This document shows, piece by piece, positions 1 to 13,429 of a stretch of DNA of 64,000 bases. The notes below the pieces were generated by a model that did no database searches, had not been told where the DNA came from, and saw nothing but the letters and a program-made list of their open reading frames with translations. Made by a program: the position numbers and the translations under genes. The DNA is from Macrostomum lignano. Lineage: Eukaryota. Position 1 is the first letter of the stretch. Every line of letters begins with the position of its first letter. Location: NCBI GenBank assembly GCA_002269645.1, contig NIVC01000362.1, forward strand, positions 248,001 through 312,000. The letters run 5' to 3'.

Positions 1-208
1 CTGTTCAGTCCAAGGACTGGGGGGGGGGGGGGGGGTGTCACCACACACACCCTCAATTACCCCAGCTAATGCTGGCACCCATTTTACATCTGGGTGAACT
101 GAAGCAATTCAGAGAGTTAACTGTCTTGCTCAAGGACACAAATCGTTCCGAGTGGGATCGGGAATCGAACCCCCGACCTTCAAGTCGTGAGTCCGACGCT
201 CTAACCAC
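1..208 (-). mobile_element. tRNA-derived SINE family 1, copy A (tail cut by window edge)
   Basis: The minus strand reads GTGGTTAGAGCGTCGGACTCACGACTTGAAGGTCGGGGGTTCGATTCC (A-box-like and B-box), then TGTGTCCTTGAGCAAGACAGTTAACTC...TGTAAAATGGG. Homologous copies lie at 24229 and 29375. Confidence 0.85.
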
Positions 209-979
209 CTTTTCCGTTTTTTTCTAGCAGTAAAAGATTTGCCCAGCCAGTCAAACTTATGCCTAGTCATCTTTTTAAATCAATTATTCGACAAAGACAA
301 CATCTTCCAACTGACGTAAACTTGCCGACAAACATTCTCTAAAAGTGCTTTCTAAGAAACAAAGTCCCCCGTCCTTCTACTACCTTAAGTCGTCCTTGAT
401 GGAAATTGTTCCACATACTTGTACTAACACATATCGCATTGATTTCTCTAGGTTCTGGGTACTCGTACTTTGGTAAGGCAGTTGGTAGTTCTACCGATAT
501 GTAGAAGTACACAAAACACATTAGTACAGCGTCGATTCCTGAATATTGTACAATTTAATACATTGCTCAAGCAAACACCATATACACTAATGTATAATCA
601 GATATTGATATTATGAAACTCTGTGAGATATATACACAGCCCTACAATCTAATTACTAAATAATAAAGGCTGGGCTGGGGACAGACAGCCACTTATTCTT
701 ATAATGAATAAGATTACACACAATATGTATGTACAATAAATCATTCATGACAAAAATTCAACGCCGGCTTCAAACTAAAAAAAATATGAATTGTCATAAA
801 TTATAACCGTAGCCCAGGAAAACCTTCGACCGGATTATCTTGAAATTGCAATGCCGACTCAGGCCTCAAGGAACTGAAAATTGATATAGGAATTCGATAG
901 GAATATGTCATGCATATGTTTCGGGTAAAAAGTTCAAAAATCGATTTTATGGCTCAGTGAGCAGTGTTGCTATTGTAGG

Positions 980-1600
980 TTTCACTCAAAACTCAAATGC
1001 TCGAAACCTCACTAAGCTTGAAGGTTCACTAAGCTTGCAACTTCACTAAGCTCGAAGCTTCACACTAAGCTCGAAGCTTCACTAAACTTGCAAGTTCACT
1101 AAGCTCGAAGCTTCACTAAGCTCAAAACTTCACTAAACTCTAAGCTTCACTAATTTTGAAACCTCATTAATTTCGAAATTTCACTAAGCTCGAAGCTTCA
1201 CTAAGCTCGAAGCTTCACTAAACTTGCAACTTCACTAAGCTTGAAACTTCACTAATCCCGAAACTTCAGTGAGCTTGAAACTTCACTAAACTCTAAGCTT
1301 CACTGATTTTGAAACCTCACTAATTTTGAAATTTCACTAAGCTCCAAACCTCACTAATTTCGAAATTTCACTAAGCTCCAAACCTCACTAATTTCGAAAT
1401 TTCACTAAGCTCCAAACCTCACTAATTTCGAAATTTCACTAAGCTCCAAACCTCACTAATTTCGAAATTTCACTAAGCTCGAAACTTCACTAATCTCGAA
1501 AATTCACTAATCTTGAAACTTCACTCAGCTCAAAACTTCACTAAGCTCGAAGCTTCACTGAGCTTGACAGTTCACAAACTCTAAACTTCTCAAGCTTAAA
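980..1600. repeat. Degenerate 17-19 bp tandem repeat (GAAACTTCACTAAGCTC)
   Basis: Directly visible tandem iterations; boundaries approximate. Confidence 0.9.
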
Positions 1601-2314
1601 AAACTTTCGCTAACCCTTTGCCAAAGTATTCCCAGACAGCCACTAACAAGCGTACCAACTTGCCGCTTCCTACTCTAGACTCGCCCAATGTGGAAGCTGT
1701 CTTGTTTCCAATAAAGAAGGCTACCCATTGCACCTCTCTCTCCTTTCCTCACTGAGCTTCTTCTCCAGCTTCCCAGTGGGAAATTTGAGACGCTTAAATA
1801 GAGGAGAGAGAGAGCTAACCTATATTGCGTAATAACACTAGAAAACTAACTGAATGCATTAAATATATGAGCATATATACTGCATATATACAGGCTGAAC
1901 TCAACACACATGCAGCTGCTGTTTGATGGAGTTTTGATGGCGTGACAAGCATTTTCCTTCCCTTAAATATTCTCTGCTTGCTAATCAATTATATATACGC
2001 ACACAATGTTTATAATATAATATGCACGGCCCAGTTGACACTTACAGAGCACAATGCGCGTTTAGCATGCAACGGGGTCTGCATCATAATTCTCAATTCT
2101 GGCACCATAGGGGTGAATGGTAGCTGGGCTAGGCTCATAAAATTCTGACTCCATGAAACAGCACGATTGAGATCCCGGCAGCTAAAATCCCCAAATACGA
2201 ATCCTTAGTTGAATTCGAAATATATTGCAGATTTGAATGCTAATTCTTTAAATCTAGATCCATAATCTCTAATTCAAAATACCAGATTCCACATTAGAGA
2301 TTGCATATACTAAA

Positions 2315-2840
2315 TGCCAGATGCTTAATCCTAAATACTAGTCCTAATCCTTAATCCCAGATGCCTAATCCTTAATCCCAGATGCCTAATCCTAAATCCC
2401 AGATTCCTAACCATAAATCCCAGATTCCTAATCCTAAATCTCAGATACCTAATCCTAAACCCCAGATGCCCAATCCTGACTCCCAAATGCCTTATGCTTA
2501 ACTCCAAGTGCCTAATCCCAAATTCTAGATGCCTAATCCTAAATCCTAGCAGCCTAATCCTAAATCCTAGTAGCCTAACCCTAAATCCCAGATGCTTTAT
2601 CCTTAATTCCAGGTGCATAATCCTAAATCCTAGATGCCTTATTCTAAACCCCAGATGCCTAATCCTAAATCCTAGTAGCCTAATCCTAAATCCTAGTAGC
2701 CTAACCCTAAATCCAAAATGCCTAATCCTAATTCCAGATGCCTAATCCTAAATCCCAGATGCCTAATCCTAAATTCCAGATGCTCAATCCTAATTCCAGA
2801 TGCCTAATCCTAATTCTAAATGCATAATTCTAAATCCTAA
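2315..2840. repeat. About 21 bp tandem repeat (CCTAATCCTAAATCCCAGATG)
   Basis: Directly visible; explains ORFs 2331..2618 and 2494..2745. Confidence 0.9.
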
Positions 2841-2885
2841 GCAGGAATCAAAACTCACCCAGAACAGAAAGTACCACAGGCGTCA

Positions 2886-3380
2886 TCAACCTGCATTCTG
2901 ATACACAGTAAGTGAAGCCAGCTGCCCATTGCAGGGAATGACTTCGAATATCAGATCTTCGTGTCCGTAACAGTAGGTCGGCCCGAACGGATTCACGGTA
3001 TTGGTAGAATCGTGTCTATTCAGCACAACGGGCCTGTCGGACTGTTTGCCCAAACAGTCTGAGATTTCCTCCCAGCGGGTGAACTGGTTCACTTCCAGCG
3101 GCTGCTGACCGGACTCCTGCTGCACTGTCAAATCGAAGAAGCATCGATAATAAGTGCTGAAGTTATAATGCCCGGGGAAATTCGCGTGCAGAATAGCTTT
3201 CACTAAGCTGTGGCTCAGGCCGTCGAATAGAAGATCCACACCCATTGTGAAGTAGTTGTAGATATAGTCGGAGCGCTTAGTGCGAGGCCTCCGTCTGGCG
3301 GGATCTCTGGCGTGGATGCGCATCTTGTCCTCGGATTTGTAGAACACCTGCGACGGGCTGCCCAGGCTGGACTCCACATC
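2886..3380 (-). CDS. PHAF1: PHAF1/C16orf70 (UPF0183) homolog, coding exon 3 (last)
   Basis: The translation DVESSLGSPSQVFYKSEDKMRIH...DYIYNYFTMGVDLLFD...HANFPGHYNF...NPFGPTYCYG matches the C16orf70 C-terminus as I recall it. Acceptor cctcag|GAT at 3381/3380; TGA at 2886-2888. Confidence 0.92.
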   Translation of the reverse strand, partial: DVESSLGSPSQVFYKSEDKMRIHARDPARRRPRTKRSDYIYNYFTMGVDLLFDGLSHSLVKAILHANFPGHYNFSTYYRCFFDLTVQQESGQQPLEVNQFTRWEEISDCLGKQSDRPVVLNRHDSTNTVNPFGPTYCYGHEDLIFEVIPCNGQLASLTVYQNAG

Positions 3381-3469
3381 CTGAGGAGGGAAGAGTATTT
3401 GAGGCATGAGGATGTGATTCTTCAGGACTTATTAGTAGAGCCGAAATCTCATAGTACTTCCCACCCCGG

Positions 3470-4110
3470 AGCAACCACCACCCTACAGAGCACCCACCAC
3501 CCCACAGAGCACCCACCACCCCACAGAACACCCACAACCCCACATAGCACCCACCACCCTGCAGAGCACCCACCACCCCGCAGAACACCCACCACCCCAC
3601 AGAGCACCCACCACCCTACAGAACACCCACCACCCCACAGAGCACCCACCACCCTGCAGAGCACCCACCACCCCGCAGAACACCCACCACCCCACAGAGC
3701 ACCCACCACCCTACAGAACACCCACCACCCCACAGAGCACCCACCACCCCACAGAGCACCCACAACCCCACATAGCACCCACCACCCTGCAGAGCACCCA
3801 CCACCCCGCAGAACACCCACCACCCTGCAGAGCACCCACCACCCCACAGAACACCCACCACCCCACAGAACACCCACCACCCCACATAGCACCCACCACC
3901 CTGCAGAGCACCCACCAGCCCGCAGAACACCCACCACCCCACAGAACACTCACCACCCCACAGAACACCCACCACCCCACAGAACACCCACCACCCTGCA
4001 GAGCACCCACCAGCCCGCAGAACACCCACCACCCCACAGAACACCCACCACCCCACAGAGCACCCACCACCCCACAGAGCACCAACCACCCCACAGAGCA
4101 CCCACCCACC
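3470..4110. repeat. C-rich 16-19 bp minisatellite (CACCCACCACCCCACAGAG) filling PHAF1 intron 2
   Basis: Directly visible; explains ORFs 3312..4193, 3449..3949 and others. Confidence 0.92.
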
Positions 4111-4119
4111 AGCACAAAC

Positions 4120-4515
4120 CTGAACCGAATCGCCAAATCGCAGACGCCTCTCAAAATCGCAGCGCTGCAAGGTGCACTGGCCGCTGCCGCTAGCCGTAGC
4201 GGGCGGCTCCAAGCAGTAGAGCTGGAACACGATCTCCCTGGTCTGTTGGCTGCCGCAGCCGCCAGCCGGAGATGCCGACCTGTCAATCCGAGCTCGTTCA
4301 AGATATATCTTATCTGTCTGATAGCAGTCCAACGGCATCTGCTGAGGTAGGCGAGGCTCCGACAGTGAGTTTCCAAGAAAGATGAACATAGCGTTGGCTT
4401 GAACGCTGGGTCCGCCAGCCGAGGCCGACGGTACCAGACAGGGCACTTCGTCGGATTCTTCGAATGTGGCGTAGTAGGAAAAAGAACCAGATCCATCGTC
4501 TATGGTGGAGCGAGT
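4120..4515 (-). CDS. PHAF1: PHAF1 coding exon 2 (396 nt, phase 0-0)
   Basis: Acceptor taaccgcag|ACT at 4516/4515; donor CAG|gtttgt at 4120/4119. Encodes ...MFIFLGNSL...FERRLRFGDSVQ, which joins to DVESSLG (human RMYIYSGNSL...FERSVYFGDSCQDV). Confidence 0.85.
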
Positions 4516-4644
4516 CTGCGGTTAGGAAATTAGAATCAGTAAAAATAATTTTTAATTTTTAACTATATTTAAAAGAAATAAAAACCTTAACAGTACACTC
4601 TGATATGTCACTTTCAGAGTTCTCAACCTCTAATGTCTGTCCGT

Positions 4645-6950
4645 GCCTGGGAGCCGCTACCCTCCCCTGTCTGTCAGTGTGTGGGAGCCGCTACCCTCCC
4701 TGTCTATCAGTGTGTGGGAGCCGCTACCCTCTCCTGTCTGTCAGTGTGTGGGAGCCGCTACCCTCCCCTGTCTGTCAGTGTGTGGGAGCCGCTACCCTCC
4801 CTGTCTGTCAGTGTGTGGGAGCCGCTACCCTCCCCTGTCTGTCAGTGTGTGGGAGCCGCTACCCTCCCTGTCTGTCAGTGTGTGGGAGCCGCTACCCTCC
4901 CCTGTCTTTCAGTGTGTGGGAGCCGCTACCCTCCCCTCTGTCAGTGTGTGGGAGCCGCTACCCTCCCTGTCTGTCAGTGCGTGGGAGCCGCTACCCTCCC
5001 CTGTCTGTCAGTGTGTGGGAGCCGCTACCCTCCCCTGTCTGTCAGTGTGTGGGAGCCGCTACCCTCCCTGTCTGTCAGTGTGTGGGAGCCGCTACCCTCC
5101 CTGTCTTTCAGTGTGTGGGAGCCGCTTCCCTTCCCTGTCTGTCAGTGTGTGGGAGCCGCTACCCTCCCCTGTCTTTCAGTGTGTGGGAGCCGCTACCCTT
5201 CCCTGTCTGTCAGTGTGTGGGAGCCGCTACCCTCCCCTGTCTTTCAGTGTGTGGGAGCCGCTACCCTCCCCTCTGTCAGTGTGTGGGAGCCGCTACCCTC
5301 TCCTGTCTTTCAGTGTGTGGGAGCCGCTACCCTCCCCTGTCTTGCAGTGTGTGGGAGCCGCTACCCTCCCCTCTGTCAGTGTGTGGGAGCCGCTACCCTT
5401 CCCTGTCTGTCAGTGCGTGGGAGCCGCTACCCTCCCCTGTCTGTCAGTGTGTGGGAGCCGCTACCCTCCCCTGTCTGTCAGTGTGTGGGAGCCGCTACCC
5501 TCCCTGTCTGTCAGTGTGTGGGAGCCGCTACCCTCCCCTGTCTGTCAGTGTGTGGGAGCCGCTACCCTCCCTGTCTGTCAGTGTGTGGGAGCCGCTACCC
5601 TCCCCTGTCTTTTAGTGTGTGGGAGCCGCTACCCTCCCCTCTGTCAGTGTGTGGGAGCCGCTACCCTTCCCTGTCTGTCAGTGCGTGGGAGCCGCTACCC
5701 TCCCCTGTCTGTCAGTGTGTGGGAGCCGCTACCCTCCCCTGTCTGTCAGTGTGTGGGAGCCGCTACCCTCCCTGTCTGTCAGTGTGTGGGAGCCGCTACC
5801 CTCCCTGTCTTTCAGTGTGTGGGAGCCGCTTCCCTTCCCTGTCTGTCAGTGTGTGGGAGCCGCTACCCTCCCCTGTCTTTCAGTGTGTGGGAGCCGCTAC
5901 CCTCCCCTCTGTCAGTGTGTGGGAGCCGCTACCCTCTCCTGTCTTTCAGTGTGTGGGAGCCGCTACCCTCCCCTGTCTTGCAGTGTGTGGGAGCCGCTAC
6001 CCTCCCCTCTGTCAGTGTGTGGGAGCCGCTACCCTTCCCTGTCTGTCAGTGCGTGGGAGCCGCTACCCTCCCCTGTCTGTCAGTGTGTGGGAGCCGCTAC
6101 CCTCCCCTGTCTGTCAGTGTGTGGGAGCCGCTACCCTCCCTGTCTGTCAGTGTGTGGGAGCCGCTACCCTCCCCTGTCTGTCAGTGTGTGGGAGCCGCTA
6201 CCCTCCCTGTCTGTCAGTGTGTGGGAGCCGCTACCCTCCCCTGTCTTTTAGTGTGTGGGAGCCGCTACCCTCCCCTCTGTCAGTGTGTGGGAGCCGCTAC
6301 CCTTCCCTGTCTGTCAGTGCGTGGGAGCCGCTACCCTCCCCTGTCTGTCAGTGTGTGGGAGCCGCTACCCTCCCCTGTCTGTCAGTGTGTGGGAGCCGCT
6401 ACCCTCCCTGTCTGTCAGTGTGTGGGAGCCGCTACCCTCCCTGTCTTTCAGTGTGTGGGAGCCGCTTCCCTTCCCTGTCTGTCAGTGTGTGGGAGCCGCT
6501 ACCCTCCCCTGTCTTTCAGTGTGTGGGAGCCGCTACCCTTCCCTGTCTGTCAGTGTGTGGGAGCCGCTACCCTCCCCTGTCTTTCAGTGTGTGGGAGCCG
6601 CTACCCTCCCCTCTGTCAGTGTGTGGGAGCCGCTACCCTCTCCTGTCTTTCAGTGTGTGGGAGCCGCTACCCTCCCCTGTCTTGCAGTGTGTGGGAGCCG
6701 CTGCCCTCCCCTGTCTATCAGTGTGTTGGAGCCGCTGCCCTCCCCTGTCTGTCAGTCTGTGGGAGCCGCTGCCCTCCCCTATCTTTTTAGTGTAGGAGCG
6801 GCTACCCTCCCATGTCTGTCAGTGTAGGAGCGGCTACCCTCCCCTGTCTGTCAGTGTAGGAGCCGCTGCCCTCCCCTGTCTGTCAGTGTAGGAGCCGCTG
6901 CCCTCCCCTATCTGTCAGTGTAGGAGCGGCTGCCCTCCCGTCTGTTGGTG
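4645..6950. repeat. 31-34 bp minisatellite (GTGGGAGCCGCTACCCTCCCCTGTCTGTCAGTGT), about 70 copies, with a 636 bp higher-order duplication
   Basis: Directly visible. Identical variant order recurs at 5619 and 6255. Confidence 0.95.
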
Positions 6951-8269
6951 TGCAAATAGGAGTAATATACTAAGGGCATATGATGCAGTGCAGTGGCACG
7001 GGCTGACAGGAAAACAAAACAAAACCAAATTAAATGATTGTACTGCCCTCCTGATTCCCGCAATTCATTAGAGCCCTTAACTAACTAATGATATTTTTAT
7101 TGGCTTAGGCAATTAATTGAAGGTTAATTATAGAAATAAAGAATACCGACTGACAATACAAAGCTCCGAGATTGTAACATAAGCAATTAATAAAACAGTC
7201 AGCAATTTTATTAGCAGGCTCACTATTGAAGCAAATACTCAAAATACGTGGCGATCTTCGGTAATAAAACACCAGGAAGAAAAAAGCGAAAACACTTAGC
7301 CACCTGAAGATAAGCCGTGCCCAGCGTCATCCTAAACAAATTCTCGTATTCCCAAATAATCCTTCCTCCCAACCGCTCCCTTCCTGAGTTAGAAAGTGTT
7401 GTGCGTGTTGTCTGGGAGGGGAGGAATAGCTGGAGAGGATAAAAAATGACGCTCGGTAGAGGGGTGAAGAAGCCGTGTGCGGAGACGATGGCGCCCGGTC
7501 CAGCTCCTGTATAGACTATTAATCCGATGAAGCGCCTTCATTAGGTATTCAGAAAGCGAAGAAGGACCGCCTCAACAGCCTCCGAAGAAGACTCTTAGCG
7601 TGAAGTGGGATCCAACTGGAGGGCCACTCTCAAATGTAGAAGGGGCGGTGCTGCCCACCCGCATACAGTGGGTCATGGAGATGGACAGGAGCAGTTGCGG
7701 GTTGCTGCTGCAGCTGCAGCTCTCTAGCGAATTCGGCTTCATCAGACCCACCGTCGAATATTTTTCAACATGTATATATGCATACATATATACTGCAGCA
7801 ATAAGGCCAGTGTACTACTAGCCTTAAAGTACTCTGCCGTTCAAAAACGTCCGGCTAGGTGACTCTTCAGATACAGGCCTGAATAACTTGTCGAAGTTCT
7901 GAGTCGCCACTTGTGCGAGCGTAGCATCGACAACTGGTTGCCCCAATCTACCCTCGGATCTTAAGTCTCTTGTGGTGGTACAATATCTCATCAAAAGCAA
8001 GTTGGCAAATTGTAGTGCTGACAGTTGACTGAGCTGAGGTTGAGTTAGCGATGTAATCTTCAATCAGATCGCTTCCACCGAGATGAAGGGGTTTGTGGAT
8101 AGCTCTTTAGTCATTAAATATTTACTTTAAACTACACCCTGAGGAAATTTTTTAAAATTCGAAAAAAGTGTTGCTTGTCAAGATTCACAAGTCGGACCCT
8201 AGTTTAGTGTGTAGAGGCAACCGACTAATATAAGTTCACTCCACAATTTATGCCGGTAGCTCAAAAACT

Positions 8270-8655
8270 GGGGATGTGGGAGGCTGACCCATCAACTGAG
8301 GATCTGGGAGGCTGGCCCAGCTACTGGGGATCTGGGAGGCTGGCCTAGCAACTGAGGATTTGGGAAGCTGGCCCAGCAACTGAGGATCTGGGAGGCTGGC
8401 CCAGCAACTGAGAATCTGGGAGGCTGGCCCAGCAACTGAGGATTTGGGAAGCTGACCCAGCAACTGAGGATCTGGGAGGCTGGCGCAGCAACTGAGGATC
8501 TGGGAGGCTGGCCCAGCAACTGAGGATTTGGGAAGCTGGCCCAGCAACTGAGGATCTGGGAGGCTGGTACAGCAACTGAGAATCTGGGAGGCTGGCCCAG
8601 CAACTGAGGATTTGGGAAGCTGGCGCAGCTATTTAGGATCTGAGAGGCTGGCTCA
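8270..8655. repeat. 28 bp minisatellite (GCTGGCCCAGCAACTGAGGATCTGGGAG)
   Basis: Directly visible, about 13 copies. Confidence 0.92.
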
Positions 8656-9158
8656 GTATGAAAAACCCGGCCACACCAAGGATGGCAAATTAAAATTTCG
8701 AATACATGCTAAATAGGCCGAATCTTGGATTAGAGGGACGTGGTTAATGAAAAAATAAAGTTATGCATCAGCACGACTAAGTAGTATATTTCTAGCCTAG
8801 TATAAAGGCCCAGGCTGCGAAACTGCTCAAGCATGAAAACAGTCGCCAACTAGACCGGACCCGCCCAACCCCCCCCCTCCGCATCTCCCTTTATGGCGGC
8901 ACAAATCAAAGAGCAATGGACCGAGAACTTGGCTAGCGTCGTCTGCGCATAGTATTCAGTATTAATACTAATAATAATAATATAAATAATATAATATAAG
9001 CAAACAAGAAGCCGCTTAGTTATCGTAATATTGCAGACATAATAGAATATATATAGCTAAGACTGCGGAATACTCATTTAGCCAATGAAGCGAATGTATC
9101 AGCTTAGGAATATCCCATCATCTCTCTCTATTAGATTTGATTATGCGTAAAGACAGAG

Positions 9159-9315
<157 letters not shown>

Positions 9316-9814
9316 ATGAGACTGAGAGACGAAGGAGAGGCGCACAAGCTTATTGGGAGATTTTCTGACTCAATAAATTAAGCCGGCAGTGGGACGCCTG
9401 CGAGAGTGTAGGGAACAGGCAGGAAGAAGATGGAAATTGTGACGCAGCAAAGTGGACGAGCAGTAAGTGTGTGCTTAACAGGAGAAGGGCCGCAGGATAG
9501 AAGAGAGTTAGCTACATGTAGTGCCTTAAGCTTCTTTAGAACTTAAGCCCGGGCGACTTAGCCTGACAGTAGGGTAGGCAAGGCATTCAGAGAACTCCCA
9601 AACCAACTCAAATATAGTTCGGGTACTTGCATGCAGCAACTTCAGCAATGCTTAATCTCTTTTAGTGGCCGAGGTAATTACGATTCGACGACTAGCAGAT
9701 TTCTGCCTATTCAAGGCTAGCAATATAATTGTTAATAATGTCTGCTTACTTTCATATGGCTATTATTATATCATGTGTTGACTAGAATCAGTCCTCAGTT
9801 TAGAACGAAGCTCA

Positions 9815-10170
9815 ATTTTGGCGCCCTCATAACCCCAAGTTTTAACGCCAATGCAAACGCTTATTTTGGCGCCCAAACTCTAATGGCGCCAATGCAACTT
9901 CTCATTTGGCGTTAATACAACTGCTCATTTAGGCGCCTAACCTCTCATTTCGGTGCCAATGCAACCGCTAATTTTGGTGCTTAACCTCTTGTTTTGGCGC
10001 TTAAGCTCTCGTTTTGGCGCCTAACCACTCATTTCGGCGCCAATACAACCGCTAATTTTGGCGCTTAACCTCTCGTTTTGGCGCCTAACCTCTCGTTTTG
10101 GCGCTTAACCTCTCATTTTGGCGCCGATGCAACCTCTAATTTTGGCGCCTAATCTCTTATTTTGGCGCTG
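9815..10170. repeat. Degenerate about 20 bp repeat (TTTTGGCGCCTAACCTCTC)
   Basis: Recurrent TTTTGGCGCC core. Confidence 0.8.
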
Positions 10171-11184
10171 AAAGCGCATGTTTTAGAGCTTAAAGCCTGA
10201 AGCTTAAAGCCACTCCCTATGATGCTACGTTTCTTTTTTTCGTGCTAAACCGTCAACTTTGACGCTCATTCATTTAAGCACTCGTCATCAAAACATGCTC
10301 GGATCAGGAAGATTACTAATTAACCGCCATAACCCAGCCTCTATCACATCAATGGTATTTGTAGGCTGTCAATTAGGCGTCAATATTATAGCTCGCTTTG
10401 CGTAGACCATACTCGCTAAAATATACTGTTAGTGGGACTAAAAACAAAAAATCTGCTAAAATTGACACGGTTAATTATTCAAGGCCTTTTCGACCGTCTC
10501 CACACCTTCCTTCATCTCCATTCGTCGCGCATTTTTAGGTCCTGTTTGAGCTGTTATTACTCTCCACATTCTGTGTCCAAAAGGTTGCTAAGCAACCAAA
10601 ACTGTTGCGATAGTACAGAGAAGGCAATTGGAGTGACTAGTTGATATGTACCGCAAACATAGCTCAAGTTTTAACTCGCAAAAAAGTTTCTTTCAGGTCA
10701 ATTCGAGCCATGCTTTATCGATGTTTTTTTCTCTCTCTCTCTCTCTCCATCCCTCACTCTGTCCGGCAATTCCCACTTTCCACTCGTCCAGCCTCAAGTT
10801 GCATAGCATTCGAACTTGTGACACACGCGGGCCAGACACACACAAATCCATTTTCCCCTACTCCATTTGTATGTATAGAAGCAAAGGGAGGCTGGCTGTC
10901 TCGCATTCTCGATGACCGAATTTGATCGATGAGATGAACTCTCGCGACTGTCGAATTCTCAACTCTCACCCTGATCCTTTGGCTCCACTTTACTAACGGA
11001 CTATGCGACGCGTGGACTATTAATTTCTCGCAATGTATTCGCTAGTCTCGATAATCATAGACGTACTCTGGATTTTTTGTGTTACTTTTTCTAAATTGGT
11101 AAATAGTCATTTGATACAATCGCCCTTTGCGTTTCGATTCGTCTTTAAGTTCTACTTTTTTACCATTACGCCTGAGAATTTTGA

Positions 11185-11885
11185 CTTCTGTCTCACCCTC
11201 TCATTTGCACTGTCTCACTTCTGTCTCTCTCTCTCATTTGCACTGTCTCACTTCTGTCTCTCCCTCTCATTTGCACTGTCTCACTTCTGTCTCTCCTTCT
11301 CACCCGCACTGTCTCACTTCTGTCTCTCCCTTTCAACCGCACTGTCTCACTTCTGTCTCTCCCTATCACCCACACTGTCTCACTTCTGTCTCTCCTTCTC
11401 ACCCGCACTGTCTCACTTCTGTCTCTCCCTATCACCCACACTGCCTCACTTCTGTCTCTCCCTCTCACCCGCACTGTCTCACTTCTGTCTCTCCCTCTCA
11501 CCCGCACTGTCTCACTTCTGTCCCTCCCTCTCACCCGCACTGTCTCACTTCTGTCTCTCCCTCTCACCCGCACTGTCTCACTTCTGTCTCTCCCTTTCAA
11601 CCGCACTGTCTCACTTCTGTCTAGTCTCTCCCTGTCACTCGCACTGTCTCACTTCTGTCTCTCCCTATCACTCGCACTGTCTCACTTCTGTCTCTCCCTA
11701 TCACCCGCACTGTCTCACTTCTGTCTAGTCTCTCCCTATCACTTGCACTGTCTCACTTCTGTCTCTCCCTCTCACCCGCACTATCTCACTTCTGTCTCTC
11801 CCTCTCACCCGCACTGTCTCACTCCTGTCTAGTCTCTCCCTCTCACCCGCACTGCCTCACTTCTGTCTCTCCCTTTCACTCGCAC
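11185..11885. repeat. About 33 bp pyrimidine-rich minisatellite (CACTGTCTCACTTCTGTCTCTCCCTCTCACCCG)
   Basis: Directly visible; explains ORFs at 11033-11728. Confidence 0.92.
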
Positions 11886-12490
11886 TATTTTCTTCTCTAA
11901 CATTCAACAGGTGCAAAATGAGACTCGGCATGCATCGATACATTTAAATCAAATTATTAATTTAAAAAAAAAATTAAGAAACAAAATAATAATAATTGCT
12001 GTCCAACTTACACATTTTTGTTTTGAAGAATTCTACAATTTATATAACTACTAATCGATGCATATACACCATGGCTTCGGAGAATAATCGATAGCAGCAT
12101 GTTGTGTATGATGTATAACTTGGTTAAATAGAAGTTTGATTATGAGAAAACACACAGACAGACAAATAAATGGGAGAAAACCGAGTGCGGAGAATGAAAT
12201 ACAAACAGTGAGAAAAGAAGTTTGCAGGCTGGCGAGGCCTTAAAAAGCCGTGGCCTTGGTGCAGCAGTGGAAGGATCAGGTCAGGGGGGGGGGGGTAAAA
12301 AAGAGGGGTCTGTGGAGACGGTGAGGCTGGCAAAGCAGCCAATAGGCAGACACCGGTCAGCGAGTTAGAGCGATGCCGGTGCAGTTTTAGTAGCTTTACA
12401 TACACATATACACTACTACAGTTTATAGCGCCAGCTAAAACTATAAAAGCATCTGTTGTGGAGGGAGAGAAGGAAGGGGAGTGCAGGGTT

Positions 12491-12522
<32 letters not shown>

Positions 12523-12919
12523 ACTGAGAATCTGCTCAATCTCCAATCCAGCCAATTCCAACAATCCTTACCACTCTCTACATGCAACCTTCGCTCCTCT
12601 TAGGCCAGTGAAGGCCGCCACCAGCTTTTTAAGAGAGCGGGAGAGAGGGAGAGAGTAAGTTTGAGGTGGTGGAAACTGTAGGAGCTTAGTCAGGGAGATC
12701 TACAACAAGAATAAGGATTAATTAACTTTTTTCCTTTCTCCTAAAAAACTTTTCTCATGCGCCGCAGACACAATGGCTGTATAGTTCGCATTGTTTTAAA
12801 CACGCTTGTTAAGGAATACACTTTCAATAGCTTGAGATTTTTCAACACATTACCGTTTAGGGCCTTGGGGCTTGTCGTGAGATTCGCAACTACGAAGACT
12901 AACTTAATAAGTAGTGTTG

Positions 12920-13100
12920 CACTGACTGACTCACTGACTGTCTGACTGACTGACTGACTGACTGACTGACTGTCTGACTGACTGACTGACTGACTGACTG
13001 ACTGACTGACTGACTGTCTGACTGACTGACTGACTGACTGACTGACTGACTGACTGACTGACTGACTGACTGACTGACTGACTGACTGACTGACTGTCTG

Positions 13101-13132
<32 letters not shown>

Positions 13133-13146
13133 GCTAACTAACTAAT

Positions 13147-13221
<75 letters not shown>

Positions 13222-13396
13222 TTAACTAACTAACTGACTAACTAAATAACTAACTACTAACTAGCTAACTAACTAATTAACTAACTAACTAACTGACTAA
13301 CTAAATAACTAAATAACTAACTAACTAACTAACTAAATAACTAACTAACTAACTAACTAACTAAATAACTAACTACTAACTAACTGACTAACTAAA

Positions 13397-13429
<33 letters not shown>

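Noticed and set aside
3277-6827. Long ORFs of 100-720 aa (HHPTEHPPP..., VCQCVGAATLP...)
   Set aside because: They are translations of stop-free minisatellites within PHAF1 introns and are open in several frames at once. Only the non-repetitive part of 3616..4446 is a real exon.
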